Assembly: GCA_051530055.1 (NCBI GenBank)
Contig: CM121342.1
Coordinates: forward strand, 4,587,489 to 4,651,488
Reading direction: 5' to 3'
From: Neoechinorhynchus agilis
Taxonomy: Eukaryota > Animalia > Acanthocephala
DNA length: 64,000 nt
Positions 1 through 11,164 of the stretch are shown in pieces. Every line of letters starts with the position of its first letter. The first letter of the stretch is position 1. The position numbers and the translations under genes were made by a program. The notes below the pieces were generated by a model that made no database searches, had not been told where the DNA came from, and saw only the letters and a list, made by a program, of their open reading frames with translations.

Positions 1-358
1 AGTTCTTAAGCTGCGGTACCAAACGATCCGAATGTATCGACGAAAAAATGATTTCGAATCGCATTTTATAGAAAATCGAATAAAGGATATTTAAATCGAG
101 ATAAAGCATTAAAAAGATGTGGTACTTTCCTCGTTTTCGAAATATTTCGCCAACACTAAAATGATTTTTAACCACAAGTCAAAGTTTACCATCTTGAAGG
201 ATCTTCTGTTATCCGAGGGTTTAAATCGATATTTTTGACTCTTAAGAAAAAAGTGAATTTGCATATATTGAGATTTCATATCGCCAAAAACCCAAGTCAA
301 TTGACTTTTTTGGATACAAAATCAATTCAATTGCTTTTAATGGAAAAAATTAGAGCAC

Positions 359-1297
359 TTATTCGTTTTCTTTGTTCATTGTTCTAAATTTAAGATGTTT
401 AATAAGCGTGGACCACGTGAGTTTGTCGTAACAATTTGAACATTGCCCTTCTATTGGAATTAATTCCCTATTTTTTGCAGATCCTATGAATTGAACAGCA
501 AGGCAATGAAGGTGGAACCAGACTTTGCAATTAGGACATTGAAGAGAATTCTAAACGGATGGTCTATGTTGAACTAAGAAGTGATCACTTACCGAACTTA
601 ATTCCTGCTTACACAATTCACATTTGGTCTGAATATCTTTTTCTACATTTGCGATTTCATTCTGCTGCGGCTGCTGCTGCTCTATTGAGAACAGAATCAA
701 TCGTAGATAATTAATTTTGATTCTCATCATCTAATGCTACAACGCTCATAAGGTCACACCTTCTGATTTGAAGTTGATTCACGTACAAGCCAAGTGGTCT
801 TTCCCATTCATTTATACCGTTGTTTGTAATCCAATTTACATTAAGGTTTAATCTGCTCCAAGGACCCACTTGAAGCATATGGCCCAAAACATTGAGTTTG
901 AAATCTACGTTGTACTTTTTAGATTTGGGTAAAAGGTGTTTTAATCTAGTGGACTTTTCGGGATTCTGCCAAGCCCATTCAAACTATAAGAGGTGTTGAG
1001 ACTTTGGGTAATTCAAGGAAATGATACCCGAAGTCCAGATATTTCATTGGGAAATCCAGATACAACTACGACAGATCGCCATGGTCCACGTCCATTTGTT
1101 TTGCGAGCTCCGCCTTTTGAACATCCTCTATTGTGCTGATTGAGTCGACGGTCAGGATCAACAGTATAACCAATGTACGTGGCTCCTTTTCGACGCTCAT
1201 TGAGACTATAAAGTAGATAGCAGCAGTGACAGAGACTCGAACTGCGCGATCGGATTAATTCGCATTCATCCGATGAGGTGTCAGTTGAAGTATTCAT
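359..1297 (-). CDS. SLX1: Structure-specific endonuclease subunit SLX1 (GIY-YIG plus C-terminal Cys-rich domain), multi-exon
   Basis: Exon 1 reads CYLLYSL...[17 protein letters not shown]...GGARKT.GRGPW. After a short GT-AG intron comes FEWAWQNP. Later exons give [19 protein letters not shown] and [11 protein letters not shown]...LTWSTLI, with stop at 359-361. One internal splice junction (about 700-780) is unresolved. Confidence 0.9.
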
Positions 1298-1372
1298 CTA
1301 AAATTCAAAGTATGAAATTCACAACAACAGCTTAAAGTCTTATCTAAACCCGGAATTTATTAGGGGTTTTTT

Positions 1373-2699
1373 TCATCGTGGACCTCTCTGATCAGAGGTG
1401 CAATCGTCGGTATTGAAAGGACAACGCGGTCCACTTGCTCTCGATGAGTACTGTCCGGTCAAGTTAGGAAAATTGCGCTGGTGCATTCCGTATAAATACC
1501 GTTCCCGATTGATCAAATGTGATTGCTGTTGTTGATTCATTGTGTACCGCAACGATTCACTATTGTTAAGATTGTTTTGTTGTTGCATCATGTGCTGATA
1601 AGTGGATAGAGTATGAATGGGTGGAAGAGGAGTTTCGCCTGGCTGTTGAGATCTTTGAGATGGAGTATCCTGAGGATACTGATGAAATCGCGGCGTTTGG
1701 TACGAATAATGTTGCCTTGGGAGTGCAAAATGCGACGGATTTGGTGGTACGGACGAATACACTCCGAGTTGCCTTCTGTTATTGTTATACATTACATGCT
1801 GATCTGATATAAGTGAATGTTCATTTCGATGGCCACTTCCTAACACATCATGTTGATATGGTTCTCGAATGGGAAACATTATTGTTTTTCCACCGACACT
1901 GTGCATCCATTGAACAACGTCCCGAGAAATTCGGTACACTTTCGCAATGTCATCAAGTCCTCCAAACTCGAGATCTAAACGAGGAATCGTAAACTCGTTT
2001 CTCCTGATATCCGTGAGTCGGGTCTTTTTCGTAGTTCGTTTTCTTTGCGTTTGACCACTTGCATTCGTCCCGGACTCTGCAGCTACAGCAGCTGCAACCG
2101 AAACTACGTGCTCCCAATATGTCTTTAAATTCTTTAGACTTCTATCAACCTCTCCACCGATAGTTTGCATAATGTCCGCATAAACCCTAGCGTTTCTACA
2201 CCGATTTCCGTTCACGAACAAAGCTCGAGTCGCATAATCATGGAACAAACGAAAGGATAAGCGAGACTTTGTCATAACTGCATCGCAGTTTGATATATGT
2301 TTGCTCATATTAAAACTTATTTGACCAAATGGTTTAATGTCTTTGAGTAAAGGGCGATGTTTTGGAACTCCTGGTCTCACTCGTTCAACAAATCCACTCG
2401 TTGTTGTTTCAGTTGGTGGTGGAGCTGAAGTCAATTGGCGACTTACACTATTAATACCAATACCACTTTTCGCCTCCAGAAACTCTGAATTCTCACCAAT
2501 ACTGTTTGAACTGTTGTTTATGATCTCTTCATCTTCATCTACGCATACATAAGGTTCAGCTTCGTAAAGATCGTAATCGAATTCGGATTCCGTCGAATTC
2601 GGTGTCATGTAGCGCAGGAATGAAGGATACGTCCATGGAGCGTAGTTGTAAGACTCTATCAGATCCATTCGGTGAAGGTTATGATCATCGATCTTTACC
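1373..2699 (-). CDS. 431+ aa exon with SANT-like and Q-rich segments; probable p400/Domino-A-type C-terminal exon
   Basis: Long ORF opening just after a ttttctgtactgttag acceptor (about 2700). WTYPSF...DYDLYEAEP and VYADIMQTIGGEVDRSLKNLKTYWEHVV resemble the post-helicase and SANT regions of EP400/DOM-A as I recall them, followed by Q/N-rich sequence. It could instead be an independent gene. Confidence 0.45.
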
Positions 2700-2774
2700 T
2701 AACAGTACAGAAAAAAATTTCAACAACGTTTACAATCAATGGATTCTTAATAACATAGTGTGCAAAATGAAGAA

Positions 2775-2884
2775 GTCGATAGGACAAACAATCGATGAAA
2801 AAGATCCGAGATAGTGGATCGAAATATCCAATTCTTAATTTCATTTTCTCCTATCGACAAATAACAATGAATTTTCTTTTCAAC
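2775..2884. mobile_element. Internally deleted copy of the palindromic MITE at 38502-38722
   Basis: aagatccgagatagtggatcgaaatatccaa...ttctcctatcgacaaataacaatgaatt is nearly identical to 38630-38720. The left end gtcgatagga is the inverted counterpart of tcctatcgac. Confidence 0.75.
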
Positions 2885-3012
2885 AAAAAAAAGAGACAAA
2901 CCAATGGAAACTTTCCTTGCTCCCTAAAGTCCACACTTGTCTCAAAAAAGCTCGCTTTCTCCATAAAATAATATTACATATCTCGCAATCGTCGTCGTCG
3001 TTGTCTTAAATC

Positions 3013-6000
3013 CTATTTCGCCCTGTAAAATCGATTACTACTGTTCGACTTTTCGGTGCTGTCATTATTATCGTTGATTTCGATCACATCCGAATCTTCA
3101 TCAATTTCGTCGTCGTCGTCGTCGTCGAGAGTTATACTAGAGATGGTTGGAGTGGACGAAAATGTGGACGGTGACCTCCGTGCACGCCTGTGCGCGAACT
3201 TTTTTGAGACAAAAGCACGCCTCTTCCTCATTTCCCCAACAATTCTCCTGATTTCATTCCTATCGACTCCATGGCAATTATAAAAATATCCAAACGTAGA
3301 AGATGTTGCGGAATTCACCTTATCATCCGTATACATCACATCATCTTCCCGATCATCCGAATCGTTCAATAAGTCAACGTCTTCTTTGATCGCGAATGTC
3401 TTAGAAGAAAAAAAAGTTTGATTTGGAGAAGAAAATCCAAAATGAAACTCACCTCCTGTGGTAGTGGTGCTTTCGAGCTGAACGAGTCTAAGATGTGGTT
3501 GTAATCCTCAGGGTTCTTTTCCATTTGATGAAGTGAACGTTTTTCTATCGGTTTCATTTCTTTTGTCAAAGAGTCAATATTGTGTTGGATCTGTTTTACT
3601 TGCTCTTGTGTTTCTTTATAAAGCCCAGTATCCTCAGTAAACTCCATTCCGTCTAACTCAGCTTCCGCTACGACAACAGCCGCAGCATCTCGGTCCATTT
3701 CATCCTCTGCGTCCAACAAAGCCTGTTCCAAAATCTTTTCCTTATTGTTCTGATTATCACCAATCACATCATCTACATTCTCATGAACATTCTGATCTAC
3801 GGTGAAGAACAAAGACCGAATGTTTTGACTCGTCATTCGGGTTTGAGATAGTCCGGCGGCATCAATAACAACCTGACTCAAAATGCGCTTTTGATTTGCC
3901 TTTAGCAGTATGCTCTCCTCGACGGAATGGCGGCAAATAAGCCGGTAAACATTGACCTCACGAGTTTGGCCGATTCTGTGGCACCTGTCTTGAGCCTGAG
4001 CATCCATTGTGGGATTCCAATCAGAGTCATAGAATACAACAGTGTCTGCACCGGTCAAATTTAGGCCAAGTCCACCGGATCGAGTTGAAAGGATAAAACA
4101 GAAATAACGCGAATTTTGATTGAAAGTCTCGACCATTCTTTGTCTACGTTCGATATCGCACGTACCGTCCAACCTCAAATAAGTATAACCGTGATATGAG
4201 AGGAATTTGGCGATAATGTCGAGCATTCTAGTCATCTGACTGAAAATTAGAACTCTGTGATTGTCCTGTTTAAGAGCTGCGAGAAGACGTGCCAGGATTT
4301 GTAGCTTTCCAGAATCGAATTGAAGAAAATGACGATCGGGGTAAATTGGATCGCTAGTTTCCGAATAGATATCGCCGGAACGAATCGCGGCTTCTACGTA
4401 GATTCGATTTCTGGCATGAAAATGTCTGAGATCTCCGTGTTGAAGTAGTGGCAGAGGGCACTCCACGGGTGGTAGTGCAAGAAATTTCATTGCGGTTTGA
4501 CCGTGTATCGGGACCTCGAACATAATACGTTGTCGATTTCGTCGATTGAGCAAATCGATTCTATCTTTAATAAAATCAATAGTTTGACCAATATGGGGAT
4601 ATTGAGCGGACCGCGTGAGATTTCCATCGGCTCCATATGCATAGAAAAGTCCATTCGCACACTCATCGCTTTGTCCACTACTATTTTTATTAACAATGAA
4701 ATCGGCTAGAGGGTAGTCGATAATGTTCGTAAATCGATCTTCGTTTAGCAATCGATCGGTTTTTCGATAGTCAATTTTGGGCACTATATCACCTGGAAAC
4801 AGCTGATGTGCTCTAATGGCACCACAATGAGTTTCGTGTCTGTCAAGGTCCACAAAACTCTTTCCGAGCTCTACATTTCGGTCTATTTTCATCCACTTTG
4901 GAAATCGGCACCACAAATCATCGGTTATCACAAACGGCGAATGGATTAGTCGTGTTTCGAACAAATCAGGATGGTTGCACACTTTTCTCAGTTGCATTAG
5001 TACATTTATAACGCTCATGTAATGGCCGGTTTCAAGAGCTTTTTTGGTGTCTGACCGAGACATAAAATCTTCATATAAAAATTTCTGTCTCTTTGATAGA
5101 GTAGCCTTAATAACATGCTCATGTTTCTTCGGCATCTCACGTTCAACTTCATTCTTCAATCGTCTCAAGATGAACGGTCTAAGAACTTGATGAAGACGAC
5201 GTATCAAATGTTCATTGACTCTCTCACTTCCTTCAATCATACTAGCGACAGGAGATGAGAACCATTCTTTGAAATCGGTATGACTTGCGAATAATTTTGG
5301 CATTAGAAAGTGCATTAAACTCCACAGTTCCATTAGAGTGTTTTGAAGAACTGTTCCCGTAAGAAGTAGACGTCTTCGGGATCGGAAACCAAGTAACACT
5401 TGCCAACGTTGAGACTTAAAATTCTTTATCTGTTGAGCTTCATCTAACACTAAAACATTCCATCTTCGTCTTTTGAGGATATAAGCGTCCTGAATCGCCG
5501 TCTGATATGAAGTTATGCAGACATGGAATGCGTTTGATCGCGTCCATCCTTTTCTCCGCTCCTTCCGATCTCGAACTGATCCATAGTAGGTCAAGAGCTT
5601 GAAACTTGGTAACCATCGTTTAAACTCAACTTCCCAATTGAGAACAACACTTGTTGGAACCACAACCAAATGAGGTCCCCATATTCCGTGCTCACAAGCC
5701 AAATGGGCGAGGAATGCGATTGTCTGAATTGTTTTGCCAAGACCCATCTCATCTGCTAATATGCCGTTTAGACCGTTCATGTACAATTTCGATAACCAAT
5801 CAATTCCTGTGTGCTGATATGGACGTAATGTTCCTTTGATGAGAAAAGGAACTGGAATGAGACTTGACTTTTGTTTTTTCTCTGGTGGTGGCAAAGGTAA
5901 CGACGTCTCATGATCTTCGTCGATTTCTTTATACACATTCTGAGACATCCATTGACGCCTGAGATCAGTGGGTAGTGCCTCCTTTACTAGTTCACTCAAT

Positions 6001-7271
6001 GCGAGTTCACCTTCGCGTTCAAGAGCTTTCAAATCATCACTCAAGTTTTCTTCATCACTCCATGAAACGTCTTCTTCAGAGACATCTTCTTCGTCTCCAA
6101 CAAACTCACCGTCGTCATCTTGAACAATGAAATTATCGTCAGTTTCATCGACAGCCGCTCGAACTAATTCCGTATATCTTTGTGAACGGTTAATTAAAGT
6201 TTTTAGATGTGCATCCAAAGCTTGGCGATACTGCTGTTCATGCAAAAGCTTTTGCTTTCCTCGATACATTTTCCCAACAGATTTCCAATATTTATCAATT
6301 AATCGTGAGCATTGAGCAGCCATTCGCTTCATTGCTTTTTCATCTTCGCCCTGATTCTTGAACCGTTTAGAAAGGGAAGCCATTAAGCGTCGATGACTTG
6401 CGTTCATCGTGGCTTTGTATTTAACTAAGGACTTGTAGGCATGAGGACAAAGGATAGCCATTGTCTTGTCCCAAGTTGTCTGTGGTTTAGGCGGTTCTAC
6501 CAATTTTGGCATTCTTAACGACGACCACATTCCATCCTCTGCTAACCTTTGAGCACGGTTGATCAAACGTTTCTCCAGCTCAAACTTCATATTTGGATCA
6601 ATGTGGGCTTGAATAAGCGGAATGCGCTTGAGTGCTTCCACCACAATTTCATAGTTAAAGATATCAATATCGGTTCCGTTTTCCACAATTTCAACTGCCT
6701 TCGCCAACATTATATCGTTCAGATCGTAGGGACCTTGTTTGGCCAATGCAAAACGTTTTCTAGGTGCATTTAGCAGTGAAGATGAATTTTGACGTTTCAG
6801 ACTGGTAGGAGGCGGAATCAATGCTGCTGCAGCCTTACTTTCAGTATCAATGACCCGACTTAGTTCCGCCTGGGAAAGTTTGACCATCCTGTTAGCGACT
6901 TGAGTGCCTTTTCGAGATTGACAACTTTGTGGGCGGAAATAAGTATAATTCACAATCGAACTAAGACATTGGGCAGTTTCATTTATACGTTTTAAGATTT
7001 GTTTCCGTTTTGAAGTAAGCACACGAACGGCGTCGATTATCTCACTGTCTTCTATTTGTTCCAGGAGACTGCATGGACATTTGGTCGATTCCGGACGATT
7101 TTCCACACTTATTGGTCTTGTTAATTGATCAGCCGTAATCGCAGGAATTGTATCTCGGCGCGTCCCCGATACAGCTGCCGATAAAAATACGCTGCTTGGA
7201 TCCAAAAAACTTCCTACAACGGCTTCAACCATTGGATCTTTTTCATTTAATCGATTTGAAGAAGGTAGCAT
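3013..7271 (-). CDS. SRCAP: SWR1/SRCAP/Domino family SNF2 chromatin remodelling ATPase
   Basis: 1301-aa ORF with an HSA-like helix, GILADEMGLGKTIQT, VLDEAQQIKNFKSQRWQ, a split ATPase insert, FIFSQM-like LIFSQMTRMLD, LSTRSGGLGLNLTGADTV and QDRCHRIGQTREV. A GAG|gtgagt donor near 3452 and a ctaag acceptor near 3400 join it to an acidic terminal exon ending at 3013. Confidence 0.95.
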
Positions 7272-7391
7272 CTAGTATGGATATTGTTGAGTTTAGAACC
7301 AAAAACAAAATCCAATCGTTTTAATGGGTTACACTTGGAGAGAGAGAGAAAATTGTCGTCGAGGTGAATTTGATTCGAGTTTCTCGATGGT

Positions 7392-7910
7392 TTTCCCTCG
7401 GATTGTTGTTTTAAAATATTTCGTAACCTTTTTTTGCTTACCTCTTCCTTTATATTTCTACAAATTAAACTAAAAGTCAAAATTGGACTATAGGCTCGGA
7501 TTTTGGGTTTGTCAGCGTATGATTCGCTTTGTTAATCTTCATGGTTACATTCCCTCCATTACCAATCTCCTCCGTAAATCGCTGTATTATTGAGATGCCC
7601 AAGTCCACACAATGTTTTTCCTTTTCCTGATGATTGGAGATCGCTGAGGAACCATCGATCCTTTCCTTGTGCTCTTTTTGAGCAATCTCGTGTCTTTCTT
7701 AATTTAGCTTCTTGCTGTATCGCTCACGGTTTCTTCTACTCGTTTTAGACTGTTGATTCGTTGCATGCCCCGCTTGGCAAACCTGCTTATCCATGCCTAT
7801 AGTCCAATTTTGACTTAGCTTAATTTGTAGAAATATAAAAGAAGAGGTAAGCAAAAAAGGTTACAAAATATTTTAAAAATAAATTATCAACAACAATCCG
7901 AGGGAAAAAC
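7392..7910. repeat. About 105-bp inverted repeat pair enclosing about 300 bp upstream of the SWR1-family gene
   Basis: 7797-7910 (cctatagtccaattttgactttagcttaatttgtagaaatataaaagaagaggtaagc...caatccgagggaaaa) is the reverse complement of about 7392-7495. Confidence 0.8.
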
Positions 7911-9554
7911 ATAAGTTTAGAAAGAAGAAATGTTCAAAAAAGACTTAACCAGAGAGCAAAAGGAATTGGACACAATTTTGCATTCATGTTGCAAAATGAG
8001 CCAATCAGAATCAAAATAGCGAGTATCGTGATGTTTGAAAAAAAAGCTAACGTCCTATTGGTCAATAATAAATACATTTTTATCTTTAAACATTTAACGG
8101 TTCATGTTTGTTCGGAAAATTGAAATGATTTATTGAAACACGTTTGAGAATTTATTAAAGCTGTTAATTATTAAAAGAGTGCCGAAATATTGCATTCAAT
8201 GAATCATTTTAATTTTCTGAAATAATAAAAAACACTCAAATTATAAAAAGAAGTTTAAGATTCTTTAGAAAATAGCGAGACAATTTGTAAGATCGAATTA
8301 ATTTAATACTGAAAATAAAAACAGAAAGATTCCCAAATTGATTGGTTCACTTTGCCGGAAAAGTAAATTATGACACCGTAATAAGAAGAAAGAGCATAGA
8401 ACGGTCTTGAAAGCCTCCTTTATAAGAAGGGAGATGGACTCGATAATTTAGATTGATACAAATACTTAAAACACACACACACACGAAGGATTCCAAGTTT
8501 ATTGGTTCACTTTGCCGGAACAATCCTTGTAACTCTCCGGAAACAATCGGCAGTTTTAAGCTCAAAATCATTTCCCTACGCCATATAAAACAACCAAAAT
8601 ATGAACATTTCAATCTTTAAACAATAAATAAGAGCCGTCTTGAAAGTCTCCTTTATAGGAAACAATTAACTGGGGGGAAGGGAGGCGGACTCGATAATTT
8701 CGATTGATACGCGTAAAGTAATCCAATTTACGGAAGAATCCACACATTGTGATGGTCCTCGCATAACTTTGTGTTCATCGCATTAACGGAGGTAAACAAG
8801 ATTGTTGACAGTGACCAATAGGAACGAACATATTTAAAATGATGACTTGTGATTGGCCAGAAGAAAAGAGACCAATTTTCGCCAAATGGAAGATTTTGTT
8901 TTGTAACACTGCTTCGAAAACCGTTTCTAAGAAAAAATCAAATTTTATGGCATGCTGATTGGAAAAAAAGTAGCGTTGAAACTGTCGTCTTTTTGATCCT
9001 CGAAATGTTTTTAGTTTGGACACCGATATTTCTGAGTTTTTCTCCTCCTTTTTGGTCCTGAAAATCACACGCGACTTTTTCCAAAGGAAAATTCAAACTT
9101 CAATTTTCCTCAGCAAAAAAACGAGTGAGATTTCCAGGACTCAACTCCCAAATTTCTTTGTTTTCACCCAATCGAAAAGTTGAAAATTAAACATTTTTTA
9201 TTATTCCCATAAAGCTACGTACAAGTCTTTTCGATCTCTCAAAATACTATCCGGAACTCATTGAGTTTCATGTGATGACCGTATCTGAATTTCGGTCGAT
9301 TCCTCCTGACCTAAGGAATCCGCTATGATTTGTTGATTTGAAAATGCTCCTTTTAAGTTGATGATTTCTCGTATGAAAACTCATTCCCATAGCTACCGAT
9401 TTTGGTATTTTAATCGCAAATATTCGATGTTTTTGACTAATCAGATCGTGTTTGCTTGTGTCAAGTCTTTTTTGTTACGCTGATTTCACCTGCAATAACG
9501 GTTTATTGAGGCTTTACAAATACTTTTCAAAAGAAGCCAGTAATATCTCTAATT

Positions 9555-11160
9555 TAGGACTTGGCGAAGATTGTAATTTATCAATTTGAATTTTCGGCCT
9601 GCTCGCTGGCCTTCTTCAGAATTGTTTGTAAGTTTTCTACAATTTAAGCAGGAGAGAAAACTTGCAAACAATTCTGAAGAAGGCCAGCGAGCAGGCCGAA
9701 AATTCAAATTGATAATTTTTTTTTGTTTTTTTTAAAAACGAATGAGTTTTTTAAGCAAGCATACATAATTTATAGTTCCTTCAACGCTCCTATTCATCGG
9801 CGCTGGCCAAAATGCTAGCCGCATTGCCCCGCTGCACCGCAATGCTTATTTTTTGAGCCCAAAAACGACGTCGATCTTGGATCTCCAGTCGCCGCATTGA
9901 TTCGTTTCCAAAGTCCTTCACGAGGGCCAGTACCGACCCTCCCAAGACCGTTTCCACACGGAAGGGACAAAATGGTAATTTCTTGTTAGCTCCCTGTATT
10001 ACGAGCATTTCCGATCCTCTGGCGCCGTCACCGCTCCCCCTGGACCTTTTTTGGAGTGGCTGATGTTGGAATCCCACAACTCCAGTCGCCGCGTTGATTC
10101 GTTTCCCCAAGTCCTTCACGAGGGCCAGTGCCGACCCTCCCAAGGCCGTTTCCACACCGAAGGGACAAAATGGTAATTTCTTGTTAGCTCCCTGTATTTC
10201 GAGCATTTCCGATCCTCTGGCGCCGTCCCGCTCCCCCTGGACCTTTTTTCGAGTGGCTGATGTTGGAATCCCACAACTCCAGTCGCCGCGTTGATTCGTT
10301 TCCCCAAGTCCTTCACGAGGGCCAGTGCCGACCCTCCCAAGGCCGTTTCCACACGGAAGGGACAAATGTAATTTCTTGTTAGCTCCCTGTATTTCGAGCA
10401 TTTCCGATCCTCTGGCGCCGCCCGCTCCCCCTGGACCTTTTTTCGAGTGGCTGATGTTGGAATCCCACAACTCCAGTCGCCGCGTTGATTCGTTTCCCCA
10501 AGTCCTTCAGAGGGCCAGTGCCGACCCTCCCAAGCCGTTTCCACACGGAAGGGACAAAATGTAATTTCTTGTTAGCTCCCTGTATTTCGAGCATTTCCGA
10601 TCCTCTGGCGCCGTCCGCTCCCCGGACCTTTTTTGAGTGGCTGATGTTGGAATCACAATCCAGCCCGCTTGATTCGTTTCCCCAAGTCCTTCGTTTGGGT
10701 TTTTGTTGTTTGGTTTGTTTGGACCTTTTTTGTGGCTGATGTTGGAATCACAATCAGCCCGCTTGTTCGTTTCCCCAGTCCTAGAGGGCCAGTGCCGACC
10801 CTCCCAAGCGTTTCCACACGGAAGGGCAAAATGGTAATTTCTTGTTAGCTCCCTGTATTTCGAGCATTTCCGATCCTCCTGGACCTTTTTTCGATGGCTG
10901 ATGTTGGAATCACAACTCCAGTCGCCGCGTTGATTCGTTTCCCCAAGTCCTTCAGGAGGGCCAGTGCCGACCCTCCCAAGGCCGTTTCCACACGGAAGGG
11001 ACAAAATGTAATTTCTTGTTAGCTCCCTGTATTTGTGGTGTGTTGGGGGGGCCGACCTCCAAGGGTCGTTTCCACACCGAAGGGGACAAAATGGTAATTT
11101 CTTGTTAGCTCCCTGTATTTTGAGCATTTCCGATCAAATTACAATCTTCGTCAAGTCCTA
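9555..11160. mobile_element. Palindromic MITE-like element (about 185 bp) split by a retrotransposon insertion
   Basis: Left arm 9555-9638. Right arm 9655-9715 resumes at 11136-11160 (aaattacaatcttcgtcaagtccta is the reverse complement of taggacttggcgaagattgtaattt with one mismatch). Confidence 0.8.
9716..11135 (-). mobile_element. 5'-truncated CRE-like RLE non-LTR retrotransposon whose 5' part is about 6.5 tandem copies of a 197-bp endonuclease segment
   Basis: Poly(A) tail at 9716-9733 on the minus strand, about 55-nt 3' UTR, and C-terminus QKISIAVQRGNAASIL*. The repeat unit translates to EDRKCSKYRELTRNYHF.PFGVET...ALALVKDLGKRINAATG. Unit starts at 9964, 10162, 10359 and 10551. Confidence 0.85.
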
Positions 11161-11164
11161 CAAT

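Noticed and set aside
8330-8760. Short repeated motifs (gattggttcactttgccggaa; ggactcgataattt) as regulatory elements
   Set aside because: Best explained as a decayed local duplication; no function is assignable from sequence.
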